DNA of 63,924 nt, filler included, from Thraustochytrium aureum (GCA_012862495.1; 5 parts of 3 records of this genome joined end to end with filler, not necessarily neighbours in it); one strand, 5' to 3'. Shown: positions 1 to 13,034, counted from the first letter of the whole stretch. The notes: a model not told the origin generated them from the letters alone. Made by a program: numbers and translations.

Positions 1-1198
1 GACGCGGCCCAAAACCCGTCCATCGCGCCGCGTCACGCGAGCCGCTAGTCGCGCCCCCCCCCTGCCGCCGCCGCGCCCTCCGGGCGGCAGCAGCAGGGCC
101 GTGTTTCTCAAGCCCGGCCCGCCTCCCGCGCGGCGCCCGCGCGCAGCGAGCGAGGCAACCAGACTCGCTGGTCGCCTCGCGCGACGGGGAGCGAGTGAGC
201 GCGGTCGCGAGTTGGGCTCGGCCGAAACCTGCCTGTTGGCCAGCGCTACCTGCCTCCAACAGCGGCTCGACTGCGCGCCAGTCCGGCGCCCGTGCGCCGC
301 TTGCTCTCCCGCGCGCAAGAGCCTCGCGCGCCACTGTCAGTCGTCCGCCACTGCGCTCGCCGCTGGATGGCGTTGTGGATTGGTCCGTCGGAATACACAC
401 ATTTCCAGCCTCACGCCTCGACAACCAAGGACTCGGACAAGACCAAGCAAACCTTTGCCAACGAAGCAACTCGTTCTGTCGCCCCGCGCAGGGCCGGCTG
501 GCGACGTGGATCGATCGGCCGACGAGCCGTAGCTCTGATCACAGACGAGCGGGCGCCATCGGCGACGCAGCGAGGAAGGAAGGCGTCCAGCAAGCAAAAG
601 GCCAGAGCGTTTCGCTGGCTCTCTCGCGAAAGCGTCTCTTTTCCTCGTGGCCAACTCTTGAGTGGGTGCGGAACGCAAGCGCATGCCTAGCCTAACTACC
701 TAATCTTAGGCATAACGCACGCACTGTCTACGAGTAGAGTAGAAGGTACTCACTCACCTTGTGCCTATCTCTGGGAAACTACCTAAAGTTAGGTGTTTGC
801 CATCTTCTCGGGGAATCCACGCGCCGCGCAGGTTATCCCGAGCGGAACGCAATCGACTGCTCGTGGTCGAGCAGTGCCAAAGCGCACGACGCCGGCGTCG
901 GCAGCGCTGTTGCTCGGCTCGGGACTGGACGCAGGGCCGCAGGGCCGTAGGGTCGTGGGCGAGGAAGGCTCTTGCTGCGTGCTTCGTTGCCGCGCTCCCG
1001 CCTGGAGCTTGGCGTGCTCGGCCTGGACACGAGCGCCTCGGCCCCTGGCGAGAGACGCAGGTCGAGGCTTCGGGCAGCGCTTCGGGCAGCGCTGCGTGCC
1101 GGCGTGCGTGCTTGCTTGCTTGCTTGCGGACGTGCTTGCGTGCGGACGTGCGGACGTGCTTGCGTTGGGGGCGGGCTGCAAGAAGGCCGGCAGGCAGG

Positions 1199-2827
1199 AT
1201 GGGCCGCATGAGCGGCGCGAGGCACGGCAAGGAGCGCGGCAAGGAGCGCAAGCCGAAAGCGCGCGGCAAGATCAACGAGGGACACCACAAGGAGCGAAGG
1301 CGGCACGCAAGGGAGGCGGAGCGGGCCGCGAAGCGGATCTCGAAAAAGGCCAAGATCGCGCTGGCAAGGAAGGAGGCGCAAATGGAGGCGCAATCGGACG
1401 CCCCGGCGCCTGCTGCAGCGCCAGGAGACGAATTGACGCACGTCGGGCGCAAGCGGCCGCGCGACGCGAAAAGCAATGCCAAGGCGGCGAGGAAGCGGCA
1501 AGCCATGGAAGGGGAGAGCATCGAGGACCTGGTCGAAAAGGAGCTGTCCAAGAAGAAACTGCAGGAAGAAAAGCTCACGCGCGAGTCGTTCGGGCGCAGA
1601 CGCCGCCTGAAGCGAAAGATGCAGCTCTCGCAGCTCCAAGCCGCGATCGACAAGGACCTCGTGCGCCTAAAGTGCTGGTACCCTGGCAAGGAGGCGCACC
1701 TGGCGGCCCGAGAGCGGGCCAAGAACAAGTACGACCCCGACCGGCTCCGCGGCGCGGCCAAGCCCGCAGAAGAGGCCTACCCGTGGCTCTACCCGGACTA
1801 CCACGAGGCCAAAGAGCGCAAAGAGCGCGAGGAAGAGGAGCGCGAGCAAAACAAAGGCGACAACTACTTGGCAAAGTACGACAAGCGCTGGGGCCAGAGC
1901 CGCGAGACGCGCGCGCTGCTCGCCCAGTACCTCGAACTCGCGCTCGTCAACGAGGAGAAGTCCACTGCTGCGGCCATGCGGGCTGCGCGCGGTGCGCTCG
2001 CCAAGGTCTTTGAGATGGACGGCGACGGACTGATCGGCACGCGGCTCGCCTGGCTCCGCACCGCGTGCCTCGTTGACATGGGCGAGCTGGGCGAAGCGCG
2101 CAAGATCGTCGAGCAGGCGCTCGCAGCGGCGCAAGCGGATTCAGCCGCCCCGTGCGGCGCCCCGGGATCGGATCCGTTCCTGGCCATGCTTGCCTGGGAC
2201 CTCGTTCTGATCGAGTACATCGGCTGTCGCTTGCTCAAGGAGGAGGAGGTCAAGGAGGAGGACCTGAGCCGCGCTCTCGACCGCGCCATGCGGCTCTGCC
2301 CCAGCGTGGCCGTCGCGCTCTCGGTGGACGAGATCTTTGAGGAGATCGTTGACGTCGAGACGGTGGACACCATCGTCGAGAATGAGCAGCAGGCTGCCTT
2401 GCACGAGTTTGTGGAGGCGGCCGAGCCGCGTCGTGTGTCTCTGCCCTCGTCCTGGTCGTGCGAGCACGTCGCCATTGTCTACTTTGTGCGCGCCGTGAGT
2501 TGGTGGCGCGACGCCGGCGACGAGATGCAAGGCTTTCTGGAGGAGCCGGCGGCGGTCGCGGCGGAGCGTCTCGCCGACGCCAGCGCGGCTCCGCCGAGCA
2601 TTACTCCTGCCGACAAGCTGTTTGCTGCTGCTGTCCTTGCAGCGAAGACCCGTGCGACGGAGCGCGCTGGTGCAGAGAGCGGCGACGAGAGCGGCGGAGA
2701 GGGCAGCGGTGGCGAGAGCGGCGGAGAGGGCAGCGGTGGCGAGAACGTCAGTGAGGGTGGGAATGCCAGCGAGGATGAGGAAGATAGCGAGGCTGGGGAG
2801 GGGGAAGCAGGCAGTGGCGCGCCGTAA
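1199..2827 (+). CDS. Hypothetical protein: basic Lys/Arg-rich N-terminus, helical TPR-like core, acidic Gly/Glu tail
   Basis: First in-frame ATG at 1199 (MGRMSGARHGK...) of ORF 761..2827. Strong GC3 codon bias and an AT-rich tract after the stop. The core FEMDGDGLIGTRLAW...LVDMGELGEARKIV...ALDRAMRLCPSVAVAL looks helical-repeat-like; no family recognised with confidence. Confidence 0.75.
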   Translation: MGRMSGARHGKERGKERKPKARGKINEGHHKERRRHAREAERAAKRISKKAKIALARKEAQMEAQSDAPAPAAAPGDELTHVGRKRPRDAKSNAKAARKRQAMEGESIEDLVEKELSKKKLQEEKLTRESFGRRRRLKRKMQLSQLQAAIDKDLVRLKCWYPGKEAHLAARERAKNKYDPDRLRGAAKPAEEAYPWLYPDYHEAKERKEREEEEREQNKGDNYLAKYDKRWGQSRETRALLAQYLELALVNEEKSTAAAMRAARGALAKVFEMDGDGLIGTRLAWLRTACLVDMGELGEARKIVEQALAAAQADSAAPCGAPGSDPFLAMLAWDLVLIEYIGCRLLKEEEVKEEDLSRALDRAMRLCPSVAVALSVDEIFEEIVDVETVDTIVENEQQAALHEFVEAAEPRRVSLPSSWSCEHVAIVYFVRAVSWWRDAGDEMQGFLEEPAAVAAERLADASAAPPSITPADKLFAAAVLAAKTRATERAGAESGDESGGEGSGGESGGEGSGGENVSEGGNASEDEEDSEAGEGEAGSGAP

Positions 2828-2844
2828 GCGCCGCTCAGTGGATC

Positions 2845-2925
2845 ACATTTTTAAAATTAATTAAAAAACAAAGAACAGAATTGGTTTTCGGTTGATCAAG
2901 CGTTTGATTGATTTCAATTGAAAAG
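2845..2925. terminator. AT-rich 3'-end/polyadenylation region
   Basis: Abrupt AT-rich tract (ttttaaaattaattaaaaaacaaagaa) right after the stop at 2827 in a GC-rich background. Similar tracts follow other stops (~16255-16295, ~25785-25820, ~51385-51415). Confidence 0.4.
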
Positions 2926-3201
2926 GAATGGCGCCCGTCTGCGAAGTGCTTCAAGCACTGCAACAGAACAAGGGAATCGTCGCGCCGAGACGACGATCCT
3001 TTCGGCAGCCAAAGCGCGCGCGCCCCGCAGCGCCGCGGGCGACTTAATCGCGAAAAGAGTTGAGCCGGCCAATCTCCCACGCGGGGGAGGTTGGTTGAAC
3101 GAAAAGGAAAAGAAAGGCTCGGGTCAGGTCAGAGCAGAGCAGAACAGAGCAGAACAGGTCAAAGAAGAGCGGATCAGTTGGCCATGGCAGGGCGGATCAG
3201 G

Positions 3202-3528
3202 TCAGGTCGAGATGGGCACGCTCACATGTTGGCTGGGCGATACGGTTGGGAGAACCAGGGAGGCGTTGAGACGCTGGCGCCTCCGGTTGCGTCGTGGCGC
3301 TTCGCAGCTTGCAGAAGCGGACGCCAAGCGCAGAACGAGCCCGTTCACGGTGCAGACATACTCGGGTCCAGCCTCCTGCGCCGCTGCGCGCCGCTCCTCC
3401 TCAGCGTCCTCGTGCGGCTGCTGCTCCTTGCGGTCCACGGCGCCCTCCACGGCTCCGCCGATGTGCATGCTGCGGCACATCTTTCGGCTTGAGACTCCCT
3501 TGCGACGACGGCTTGCCTTTCGTGAGCG
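3202..3528 (-). CDS. Possible 3' fragment of a hypothetical gene (5' part in the gap)
   Basis: Open frame running out of the N gap (RSRKASRRRK...EDAEEERRAAAQEAGPEYVCTVNGLVLRL...) with partly coding-like codon use, converging on the AT-rich tract. Confidence 0.3.
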   Translation of the reverse strand, partial: RSRKASRRRKGVSSRKMCRSMHIGGAVEGAVDRKEQQPHEDAEEERRAAAQEAGPEYVCTVNGLVLRLASASASCEAPRRNRRRQRLNASLVLPTVSPSQHVSVPIST

Positions 3529-3737
3529 GNNNNNNNNNNNNNNNNNNNNNNNNNNNNNNNNNNNNNNNNNNNNNNNNNNNNNNNNNNNNNNNNNNNNNNN
3601 NNNNNNNNNNNNNNNNNNNNNNNNNNNNNNNNNNNNNNNNNNNNNNNNNNNNNNNNNNNNNNNNNNNNNNNNNNNNNNNNNNNNNNNNNNNNNNNNNNNN
3701 NNNNNNNNNNNNNNNNNNNNNNNNNNNNNNNNNNNNN

Positions 3738-3832
3738 GCTTGCTGTGCGTCAATGGCTCGCTTGCTGTGCGTCAATGGCTCGCTTGCTGTGCGTCAATGG
3801 CTCGCTTGCTGTGCGTCCGTGCGTCAATGGCT
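3738..3832. repeat. 22-bp tandem repeat (gcttgctgtgcgtcaatggctc), about 4 copies, abutting a gap
   Basis: Directly visible; likely the cause of the adjacent gap. Confidence 0.9.
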
Positions 3833-5174
3833 TGGTCGCTTCGTTCGCTGCTTTGGTGTGTTGCGCGATGGATGGCTCGGGTTGTTGCGGGTTTGTTGGA
3901 GCCTGGCCAATCCCAACACCGTGAAGACGGGGAGATGGATCAACAGCCAACACACCAGGGCAAGCCAAAGAGGCAATGCACGCCTCCGAGTCGAGCAGCT
4001 AGGTAGCTGTTCTGCTGTGAGTGGATTGATTGACGACTCCAGCCAGGCAGCGCCAGGGAATCGCTCAAATCAATCGCGGCTCCTGGACTGAACATGTCGT
4101 GTGCCGCCGCCTCCAGGGCCCCGTCTTGGCAGGCCAGTGTTCCCCCCCGAGAGAGCAAGGAGGGATCTCGTTCGTCGTCTGTTCTGTTCTGCCTCTACTC
4201 TCTAGAGCTAGCAGGTAAGTACTCGAGTATCCTCACCACAATGCCTGCTTTGCGCTGGCGTTTCGCGCCTTAGCTTCAACTCTGAAATAAATAAACAGGA
4301 GCGAGCTCGTGTGAGGGCGAGGCGGGAACTCCCGCGCCTCACAGCTCGGGCGGCGTTCTCCTTCGCCAGCTCCGAGCAGGAGGAGGAAGGAGCTGGCCGC
4401 CCTGCCTCTCCAGTCCGTTTCTCGCTCCAGCACGCCCGAATCTCCGCCTGCCTCACAGAACGACATCCCGGGAAGAGGGTGGAGGAGGGCGAAAGGAACG
4501 CAGCGCACAGGCCGCGTGGACTTGGCTCAAGAGCGACGCTGTGAGGGGCGCCTGGGGGAGCATGATGTGAGGCGGAACAACAACGCGCCTCTGAGGCGCT
4601 GCGCGAGAGGAATGGCTTCCGCTTTGTGTCCGCTCTGCCGTGGGCTCAACTGGTACTCAACTCACTCCAGTCTCCACCTACTTACTTACCGGTACTTACC
4701 CGTAGAGACTTTTAAAAAATTACTCCGTGGCGACTTGCTCCGTGGAGTTCAGGAATCCAACGCGCCAACGCGCTGTCGGTAGGTAGCAGAGTGACTGTAC
4801 GAGTCGCCTGCGTTTGTACCGCACTCACTCCGACTACGGTTCCCCTACTCTACTGTACTGTACCTTCAACGTGCTTGCTTGCGTACCGGAAGAGTACCTT
4901 GCGCGACGTGCGCTTGCAGAGTTGCCACCGCGGCCCGAACGATCGATCGCCGGCGTCTCTATCTGTCCATCGCTGCTCGACCCATCGCTGCCGCGGCTGT
5001 TCTGTTCATCGAGTAGACCGAGTCGCGCTGCTCGCCTGGTTGGTGGCGTGGCGTTGGCAATGTGCACGCAAGGCGGCAAAGCCAACTCGGCGAATTCATA
5101 CTTTCGGGGGGGCGCGTGGCTGGCCACCCGCCGCCCCGCAGAGGCGACGTGGCTTTTTCGTGCAGACCTGCACG

Positions 5175-5200
5175 CCTGCCTGCCTGCCTGCCTGCCTGCC
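5175..5200. repeat. (CCTG)n microsatellite
   Basis: Directly visible. The same CCTG/GCAG unit recurs at 26848-26883 and 54189-54213. Confidence 0.9.
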
Positions 5201-5887
5201 ACGCCAACAAGTGTCAAGTGAGGCTGAGCCAACGCCGCCCGGGCGATTTGTGCCTCGCTGATGTGCCTCGCTGAAATGTTCTCTGCCGGTGCGTGGGTGA
5301 CGGTGGGTCTCGTAGTCGCTGTTCAGTGAGGGGCCNNNNNNNNNNNNNNNNNNNNNNNNNNNNNNNNNNNNNNNNNNNNNNNNNNNNNNNNNNNNNNNNN
5401 NNNNNNNNNNNNNNNNNNNNNNNNNNNNNNNNNNNNNNNNNNNNNNNNNNNNNNNNNNNNNNNNNNNNNNNNNNNNNNNNNNNNNNNNNNNNNNNNNNNN
5501 NNNNNNNNNNNNNNNNNNNNNNNNNNNNNNNNNNNNNNNNNNNNNNNNNNNNNNNNNNNNNNNNNNGCCGGGGCGGTGCAGAGTACCGCTGCAGGCCGGT
5601 CCGATTTGCAATCGGCCATTTGGTGGCTTTGCGAGATGTGGCGCCCCTGCTTGCCTACGGCGATCGCGAGGCGGCGTAAGGCAGGCGCAATTTCATGGGG
5701 CGTCTTTCTCGTTCGCTGGTGATTCGTGGCAAGCAAGGGGTGGGAGCCTCAGCCATCCACGGCGCTTCGGGCGAAGAACGCTCAAGCCCAGGGGTGGTTG
5801 CTACGATCGGACAGGTGGCAGTTGTGCGTCTTTCGTGTTTCTCCACGCGACGCGACAACTCGCCGCGGCACTGTCGACAAGTATCTA

Positions 5888-5949
5888 CTTTGGACAGGAT
5901 GCTCTGATGCTCTCCAGGTTTGGGTGTCTTTGGACAGAATGCTCTGATG
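5888..5949. repeat. 22-bp direct repeat, 2 copies (ctttggacagRatgctctgatg)
   Basis: Copies at 5888 and 5928 with one mismatch. Confidence 0.8.
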
Positions 5950-8900
5950 GCGGATGCACAGGGTGAGAGCAAGCTATGGGGCAGCATAGCGCTTGTCCCT
6001 CATAGCGCCTCGTGAGCCAAGCAAGCACCCGCAGCTGCGAGCGAAAGAAGGGTGCGCCAAGACCCAGAAGCGCGCATTTTATAGCTTCGAGCAGAAAGCT
6101 AAAGCAAAGCAAAAAGCAAAGCTAAAGGCGACTTGAGCCTCGGTTGGCGTTTCGTTGTGCTCTCCAGAGCCCCGTAAGATCCGACTGTTTACAGGACAGA
6201 GCAAAACAAAACAGAGAACGCAGCTCGTGCGCCTTGGCTACAGGTCGTTGAGGAGCAGGTTGCACGGCGCTTCGGCCGGGCTACCCCATGGAGAGTTTAC
6301 GGGGGTTTTCTTTACGGTGGCGGTTGTCGCGTCTGCAAGCGCTGACAAGCAGAACACCGTAGGTGGGACTATCAAAACGACCAGCAGCTTTGCCAAGCCC
6401 GCACGTGGACGGGCACCGCCACGTAAGCGGGCCTTTTAGCTTCTCGCAGGTTGCCCGGCCCATTTGCGGCGATTTGCAGCACCAGGGAAACGACATTTCG
6501 TTTGGCGCACATCATCAGGTCGGCTATCTGTGGATATAGACGGCAGCGAGGCAGCGGCCTGGAGCTTTCAACGCCCGACAGGTCGCACAACTGCGCGGCT
6601 GGCGTAACCGCATGAACAACGCTGGCGCTAGGCGTTTCGCTTCGCTTGGACGGCGCTCGCAGCGTCATCCTGGCAAGTTGCTCCGCTTGCAGCTCAGAGT
6701 GTCCACAAGCCAGCCGCGCGCCGCTTTCCCCTCAGGACGGGGGTTGGGCACCCACACGGCGACGCGGGCCCGAGCACCGCCCTAGGTTTTGCTCTTGATC
6801 AAGAGCACGAGATGTGGCAAGTTGCGCCCTCTCGTCAGGCCTGCCGAGCCAAATCTCAGCGCCGGTTGCCGCTCACACAACTGCGCAGGCCACTCGAGCA
6901 GGGGCTGGCGCCGCTGTTGTGGTTGCTGCTCTTGCGAAAAGAATGTAGCACCCTTTTCTCAACAAGTGGACCGTCGCTGACGCGCGCGCAAACAGCGCAG
7001 CGCGCAAACAGCGCAGCGCGCAACGTGCCGGGCAACGTCCGCTCATCCATTCTCTCGCCCTCGCCAATGCGCAGAACAAAAGTGCTTGCTGGCGAGTTGA
7101 GTACGAACTCTGCGCTGTTGGGACTGCAAGAGAGACGGTTTCGCACACCTGAACGGAACGACTCTTTCCTATCGCCGCAAAGCCCCCGGACCGGTGGATT
7201 CAAGCCCTCACGTCCGAGCGACCACGGGCCACGGGCCTCGGGCAAGTCGGCGGGACTGCAAGTGCTCCAGCGAGCGAGCGAGCGAGCGAGCAAAGGGCCT
7301 GCAGGGCGGCAGGACGACGGCCCGTCGTTCAAGGGGTCGCAGCACAGCAGCTTTCCTTTCCATCTATCTACCGTTATTTTCCATCTACAGCACCTCGACG
7401 TGGCAGCGTCAACGCAAACACACGAGCAAGCGATTAACTTGCATGGATGTGAAATGCCCGGCGCATTTCCGCGAAAGTGGGAGTTCGAAGGGCCGCAGCA
7501 CAAGCACATACGCCACTGACCAGCGCGGCGCGTCTCTTTTCACACTTGCCAACGCAAACCGTGCAGAGCCGGTCCGCCTCATAGCGTCCCTTCAAGAAAA
7601 CCTCCGATTCCGTGCGCGCCAACAGAGTTGACGATCAAACGCAGCTTCGTCTGTGCTTGTTGTGGCTCGCGCCGCTCTCCCAGATCGAGGTTGACGCGCG
7701 TCTTTCGCGCAATTGGGCGCAGTGATTGCGGCAAGCCTGCTGCGATGCACCACGAGATAGCGCTGCCGCGCCGCGGCGATCGATATGAGCCTCTGCATAC
7801 TTCGCCGCGGGCTGCATTTGCTGCCGCTCAGGCACTATGCCCAAGTGGTAGCGATAGCGAGCGGCTTGCTCAGGAGCTGGACGCGTGGCGTGTCTGGCGC
7901 AGCCCGAGCAAGGTCGCGGCGCTCGAGTGATCTGCCCTTCAACGCAGCACAATGGCAAGCAAAAGCGCGACGGGGCCTCGATGTGCGCTAGCCTGGAGAC
8001 CTTTTTTTCGGGCGGTGGGGCACTGCCAGGCTTTGCATCGGGCTGTTCGTTCCAANNNNNNNNNNNNNNNNNNNNNNNNNNNNNNNNNNNNNNNNNNNNN
8101 NNNNNNNNNNNNNNNNNNNNNNNNNNNNNNNNNNNNNNNNNNNNNNNNNNNNNNNNNNNNNNNNNNNNNNNNNNNNNNNNNNNNNNNNNNNNNNNNNNNN
8201 NNNNNNNNNNNNNNNNNNNNNNNNNNNNNNNNNNNNNNNNNNNNNNNNNNNNNNNNNNNNNNNNNNNNNNNNNNNNNNNNNNNNNNNNNNNNNNNNNNNN
8301 NNNNNNNNNNNNNNNNNNNNNNNNNNNNNNNNNNNNNNNNNNNNNNNNNNNNNNNNNNNNNNNNNNNNNNNNNNNNNNNNNNNNNNNNNNNNNNNNNNNN
8401 NNNNNNNNNNNNNNNNNNNNNNNNNNNNNNNNNNNNNNNNNNNNNNNNNNNNNNNNNNNNNNNNNNNNNNNNNNNNNNNNNNNNNNNNNNNNNNNNNNNN
8501 NNNNNNNNNNNNNNNNNNNNNNNNNNNNNNNNNNNNNNNNNNNNNNNNNNNNNNNNNNNNNNNNNNNNNNNNNNNNNNNNNNNNNNNNNNNNNNNNNNNN
8601 NNNNNNNNNNNNNNNNNNNNNNNNNNNNNNNNNNNNNNNNNNNNNNNNNNNNNNNNNNNNNNNNNNNNNNNNNNNNNNNNNNNNNNNNNNNNNNNNNNNN
8701 NNNNNNNNNNNNNNNNNNNNNNNNNNNNNNNNNNNNNNNNNNNNNNNNNNNNNNNNNNNNNNNNNNNNNNNNNNNNNNNNNNNNNNNNNNNNNNNNNNNN
8801 NNNNNNNNNNNNNNNNNNNNNNNNNNNNNNNNNNNNNNNNNNNNNNNNNNNNNNNNNNNNNNNNNNNNNNNNNNNNNNNNNNNNNNNNNNNNNNNNNNCC

Positions 8901-11900
8901 CATGCGACCGGGTTCTTCGCGCTTGATACTCTCGAGTACCGTAAGGTACCCTACAGTACTCAGTATCATCGCAAAACTGTCAACAACGAGACCAACAGTG
9001 CCCTTGATTGACGGGGGGTCTCTGACTTGATGGTCTTGACCATGTCAGGCCTGGCAGAGCCGACATCCGAGGCGCGGGGATCGGCGTCTGTAGCGGGGTG
9101 CGTTCGCGTATAGACAGGCCTACTGATCTTCGGTAAAAGCGGAGCCGCTGTGGTGGCTGGTTTCGCAGTGGGGCTGTGCGGTTAGGCGTGGGAGGAGGTA
9201 AGGAAGCTGGCTGGTTGCGGGTTTCGGACTCTAGAAAGCTAGCTTGCTTTGAACGAATCGCAAGCGTCTTTAGAGCAAGTCGAAGCTGGCTGCTTGCCAT
9301 GAAAGCGCACCTGCTCCCACAAGCGCACCTGCTAGAGCACCTGCTCTGCCCGAAGCCGCGGGGAGCTCGGCGAGCTTACACGGTGAGCCTCTGCCCGTGG
9401 CACGTTCGGCCTCGTGGACAACGACTGGCAACAAATCCACCGCGCTGTGACGGCCGACCTCCTTGTTGATACCAGCGGGGGATCCGGCTGTTGCGCGCTC
9501 GATCTGAGCGCGCTGGCTGCGGCTGCTTTTGTCCACTTCCGCGCGGCTGCTTTTGCCGACGGTCGCAGTCCAGGAAGTAACTGTGGAATTTGGCGTCACC
9601 GCCATCGCGATCCGGCCGCAGCCATCAACGACCAGCCATCGACGCGGATCATCAACGAGCCTGAGGCGTCAACCATCATCAGCCACAGCCATGCCGATCG
9701 CGATCGCTTCGCATTCCTTTCGGTTCCAATCGGACGCTTGAAGAGCGGAATGCTTTTACGTCTTCGCGTCTTCGCGTTGGAACGCCACCCAAGACAACTC
9801 GGCCCTCTCGGGCAAACCACGGCAAAACACTACAAGAACGCCAGGAAAACCAAGGCTTAATAATGAGTAACCCCGTATAGGCCTCTCCGGTTCAGCCGGC
9901 CACGAGAGCAGCGCGCTTCTCCCGCCTCGATGCCCCCGTACTTGGAGTCGTAGACTTGGATAGTACTGTGTCACAACTCCAACCAAACCACAACCGTGAA
10001 CTTGCCAAGAACTGAACTGACTGAACTGGGATGGTGAGTAATGGACATCACCATCATCTCCTCCGCATGCAGTGCGGTCAAATGGATTGCCGGTGTGCTC
10101 GTCGAGCGAGAAGTGGTCTTGATGTGCTCTACTCTACTCCATTTGGTTGGGTGTCTTGATTGAATTCCTCATGCTGGTTTGAAACGTGGAAAGAGGAAGG
10201 AAGGAAGGAGCCGGCCAACGATCGGGCTTGCAACGGTGAGCGCCCAATAGACATGACAGACGCGACTTATCGAACAGCCACGGGCGGCTCGGCTCGGAGG
10301 TCGGGCGTGGCCGCGGCCGCGGCGGCTGGCGAGCTGATGAGCTGGCGAGGGAAAGTGCTGGAGGCGCCGCGGCGCCACTTTTGTCCCTTCGAATCTAAAG
10401 ACTTTTTCACTGAATTCTATCTGCATTCTGGTGCCAAGCGCCACTGCTGACGGGTGGCGAGGTGGCCACGAACCAGGAACGAGCGCGCGTCGCGGCATCG
10501 AGAGGGCGCCACTGCCCGATTGTTGAGACGATCTTGCGCTGGCCGCGGCGCGCGCGAGGGAACCTTTCGAAAAGGCCCGCTGCCTCGGCGCCGATCAGAC
10601 CCGGAAATTGGCGCAGCCCTTTAGGTCGGGACGGCCGGAAATTGGCCTGCACTGGCAAGCGCCGAGGCCTGAATCCGCCGATTCAAACCCGCCGTCGTCG
10701 TTGAGGGGACGTGACAACTCCCACGGCCTGCACCCACGAAATACCCGTTGAGAGCGGGACCTGTACTGCGCCGTTAACGGGAGACGAGAGGCTCTCATGT
10801 ACACCGTTACTCGGGCAGGCGTTATGTGGCTCGGACGGGGTGCAACTTGCTGCACAGCAAAGCGAACCCGTTGCAATCCCCGCGCGTGGCTGGACTCGCA
10901 GCGATGGAGACTCGAAACGGCGCGCGAATCCTCCCACCGCCCCACAAAACATCCCATGAAGGCCCATCCTCTCACCGTCCCACAAAGCATCCGGTAACGG
11001 GCATAACGCGCGCAGCATCATCGCCCCCAAAGCCTCACGACACCGCCGCCAGCGCCGGGTGGTTGCAAGCGCCGCCTCCTGCGCGTGAGCTTCGTGTTGA
11101 GGTGTACGAGCCAGCCCTCAGCGGCGGCTATTGGCGTGGGAGTTTACTTTCCTCTCACTGCACACCTTGCGATGGTCGTTGCCGCTCACCGGCGCGGTAA
11201 CTTCTCATACCAGCAGAAGAGGCAAGGCAGTTCCTACCGCCGTCACAAAACCGAACCTGGCGTGAGAATAGTGTTCTCATGGCGCAGACCCTGAGGACGC
11301 GACCAAGNNNNNNNNNNNNNNNNNNNNNNNNNNNNNNNNNNNNNNNNNNNNNNNNNNNNNNNNNNNNNNNNNNNNNNNNNNNNNNNNNNNNNNNNNNNNN
11401 NNNNNNNNNNNNNNNNNNNNNNNNNNNNNNNNNNNNNNNNNNNNNNNNNNNNNNNNNNNNNNNNNNNNNNNNNNNNNNNNNNNNNNNNNNNNNNNNNNNN
11501 NNNNNNNNNNNNNNNNNNNNNNNNNNNNNNNNNNNCGTTTTTCCCCGCGAGTCGCTCAACGATGCGCCAGCGCAATTGGCGTGGGAGTTCGCTGAACAAC
11601 AACAAACTGCACGTGATGGCCGGGCGGCGCAGGTGGAGCGAGGAGGATCAACTGGAAGTGGCAACGAGCACCGGGCGGCGGCGCGTGCGTCGGCGTGTCG
11701 GCGGCTACTGTCCGCCGGTGTCGATGGAATAAAACTCTTTGCGGCAACACCGGGGCGGAATCCGCCTCGGAGCTCGGCCTTCCTCCTCCACCTTGTCGTG
11801 CTCCAGGGGCAGCGTGAGGTACTTGCTCTCTGCGGCGAAAGAGCAGGAGGAACTCACTCTGCCCGGGCAGGGAGTACTGACTGAATTCTGGCTGAAGTCT

Positions 11901-13034
11901 TCGCGTCACGGGCGTGGGAGGAAGTCACCAGCGCGTTCATTGTTCACACCAAAATAGAGCCTCTCCGGCCCGCTCGCTGCGTGGCCGTGGGAAGAATCAA
12001 AGCAAGCGCCCTCATCAACGGCAGCGCGACGTCAAAAGCTAGGCTGCCAAGGAATAGGCCATGGTGGTCGGAAACCAAGTCTGCGAGACAGCGCGAGGCG
12101 CCTCCAAACCAACGCACCGTTGCTTGGCCGCGCCCTAAAAAAAGCCCCGTTTACGATTGGTTTACGACATCAACATCTCGCAGACATCGGCGCGAGTGCA
12201 CGGACCGTGAGAAGTCGCTGCGCGTGGACCGCCAGCCATTCATCCATCCCCGGTCCAGCCGGGCGCGCAAGGACCCCGTTCGTCTCTCTGCGCGGTGTCG
12301 ACCTCCCTCGGCGAATATAAAATATAACGACGTTCTTCTTCTTCAAGTCCCTGGGCTGTTTGTTTTTCGCAACAAACCAAGCCATCACCGCCCGGCTCTG
12401 CTCGAAATCCGAGTACAAGTCGAGTACGAGGAGTACTCACTTACTTACCTCCACCAGTCGGGGGCGGAGGCGCGAGCGACGCTCCAGGCATGATTGCTCG
12501 GCCGCGCGCAGAATATGACACAACCGAGCGCCGCCTCCGTTGTCCGCCCAAGTGCCTTGTGTCTAGCACGCAATTGCCTTGAGGGGCCAACCAAGCGTTT
12601 TCTCCGAGGAACCCACAACTGGGCAATCGCGCCTCTGGCGGGAGAAGGCTAGAGTGCGCTCGATTCAAGAGGGAACCCGCCTGCCTGCCTGCGCCACGAC
12701 AGGTCTTGCCCTTTCCCGGAGGCCAGTTTGGCCGCAGCCTTCCGAGGAAAAACGGTGTTTCCCGCTTGCCTTTGCCCTCTTTTTGAACTGCCTACTCGTT
12801 TTTTAAATTGAAAAAAGGGCGAAAGGCCATCGCGGCGTAGAGGAGGGCGTCCAAGTGGCGACATCCGAGAGGGGCCCGAGCCCGGCTCTTGAATCGCCCG
12901 CCTCCAACTCGCCTCACGAGCGCGAATTCTCACCGGGTGCTCGGACGCGGCCTCCCGCGAGGCCCTGAGGAGCCGCGCGTGCACCGGCGCGCGGAACAGG
13001 CACCGCAGTTGGCAGGTGTACGGCAGGAACAGCA

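Noticed and set aside
7635..9030. Long ORFs spanning N gaps
   Set aside because: Their length is inflated by X runs, and the flanks show no coding signal.
9596..9820. PIF/Harbinger-associated ORF based on an RPIG..AK-like motif
   Set aside because: One short motif only; no transposase, TIRs or TSD visible.
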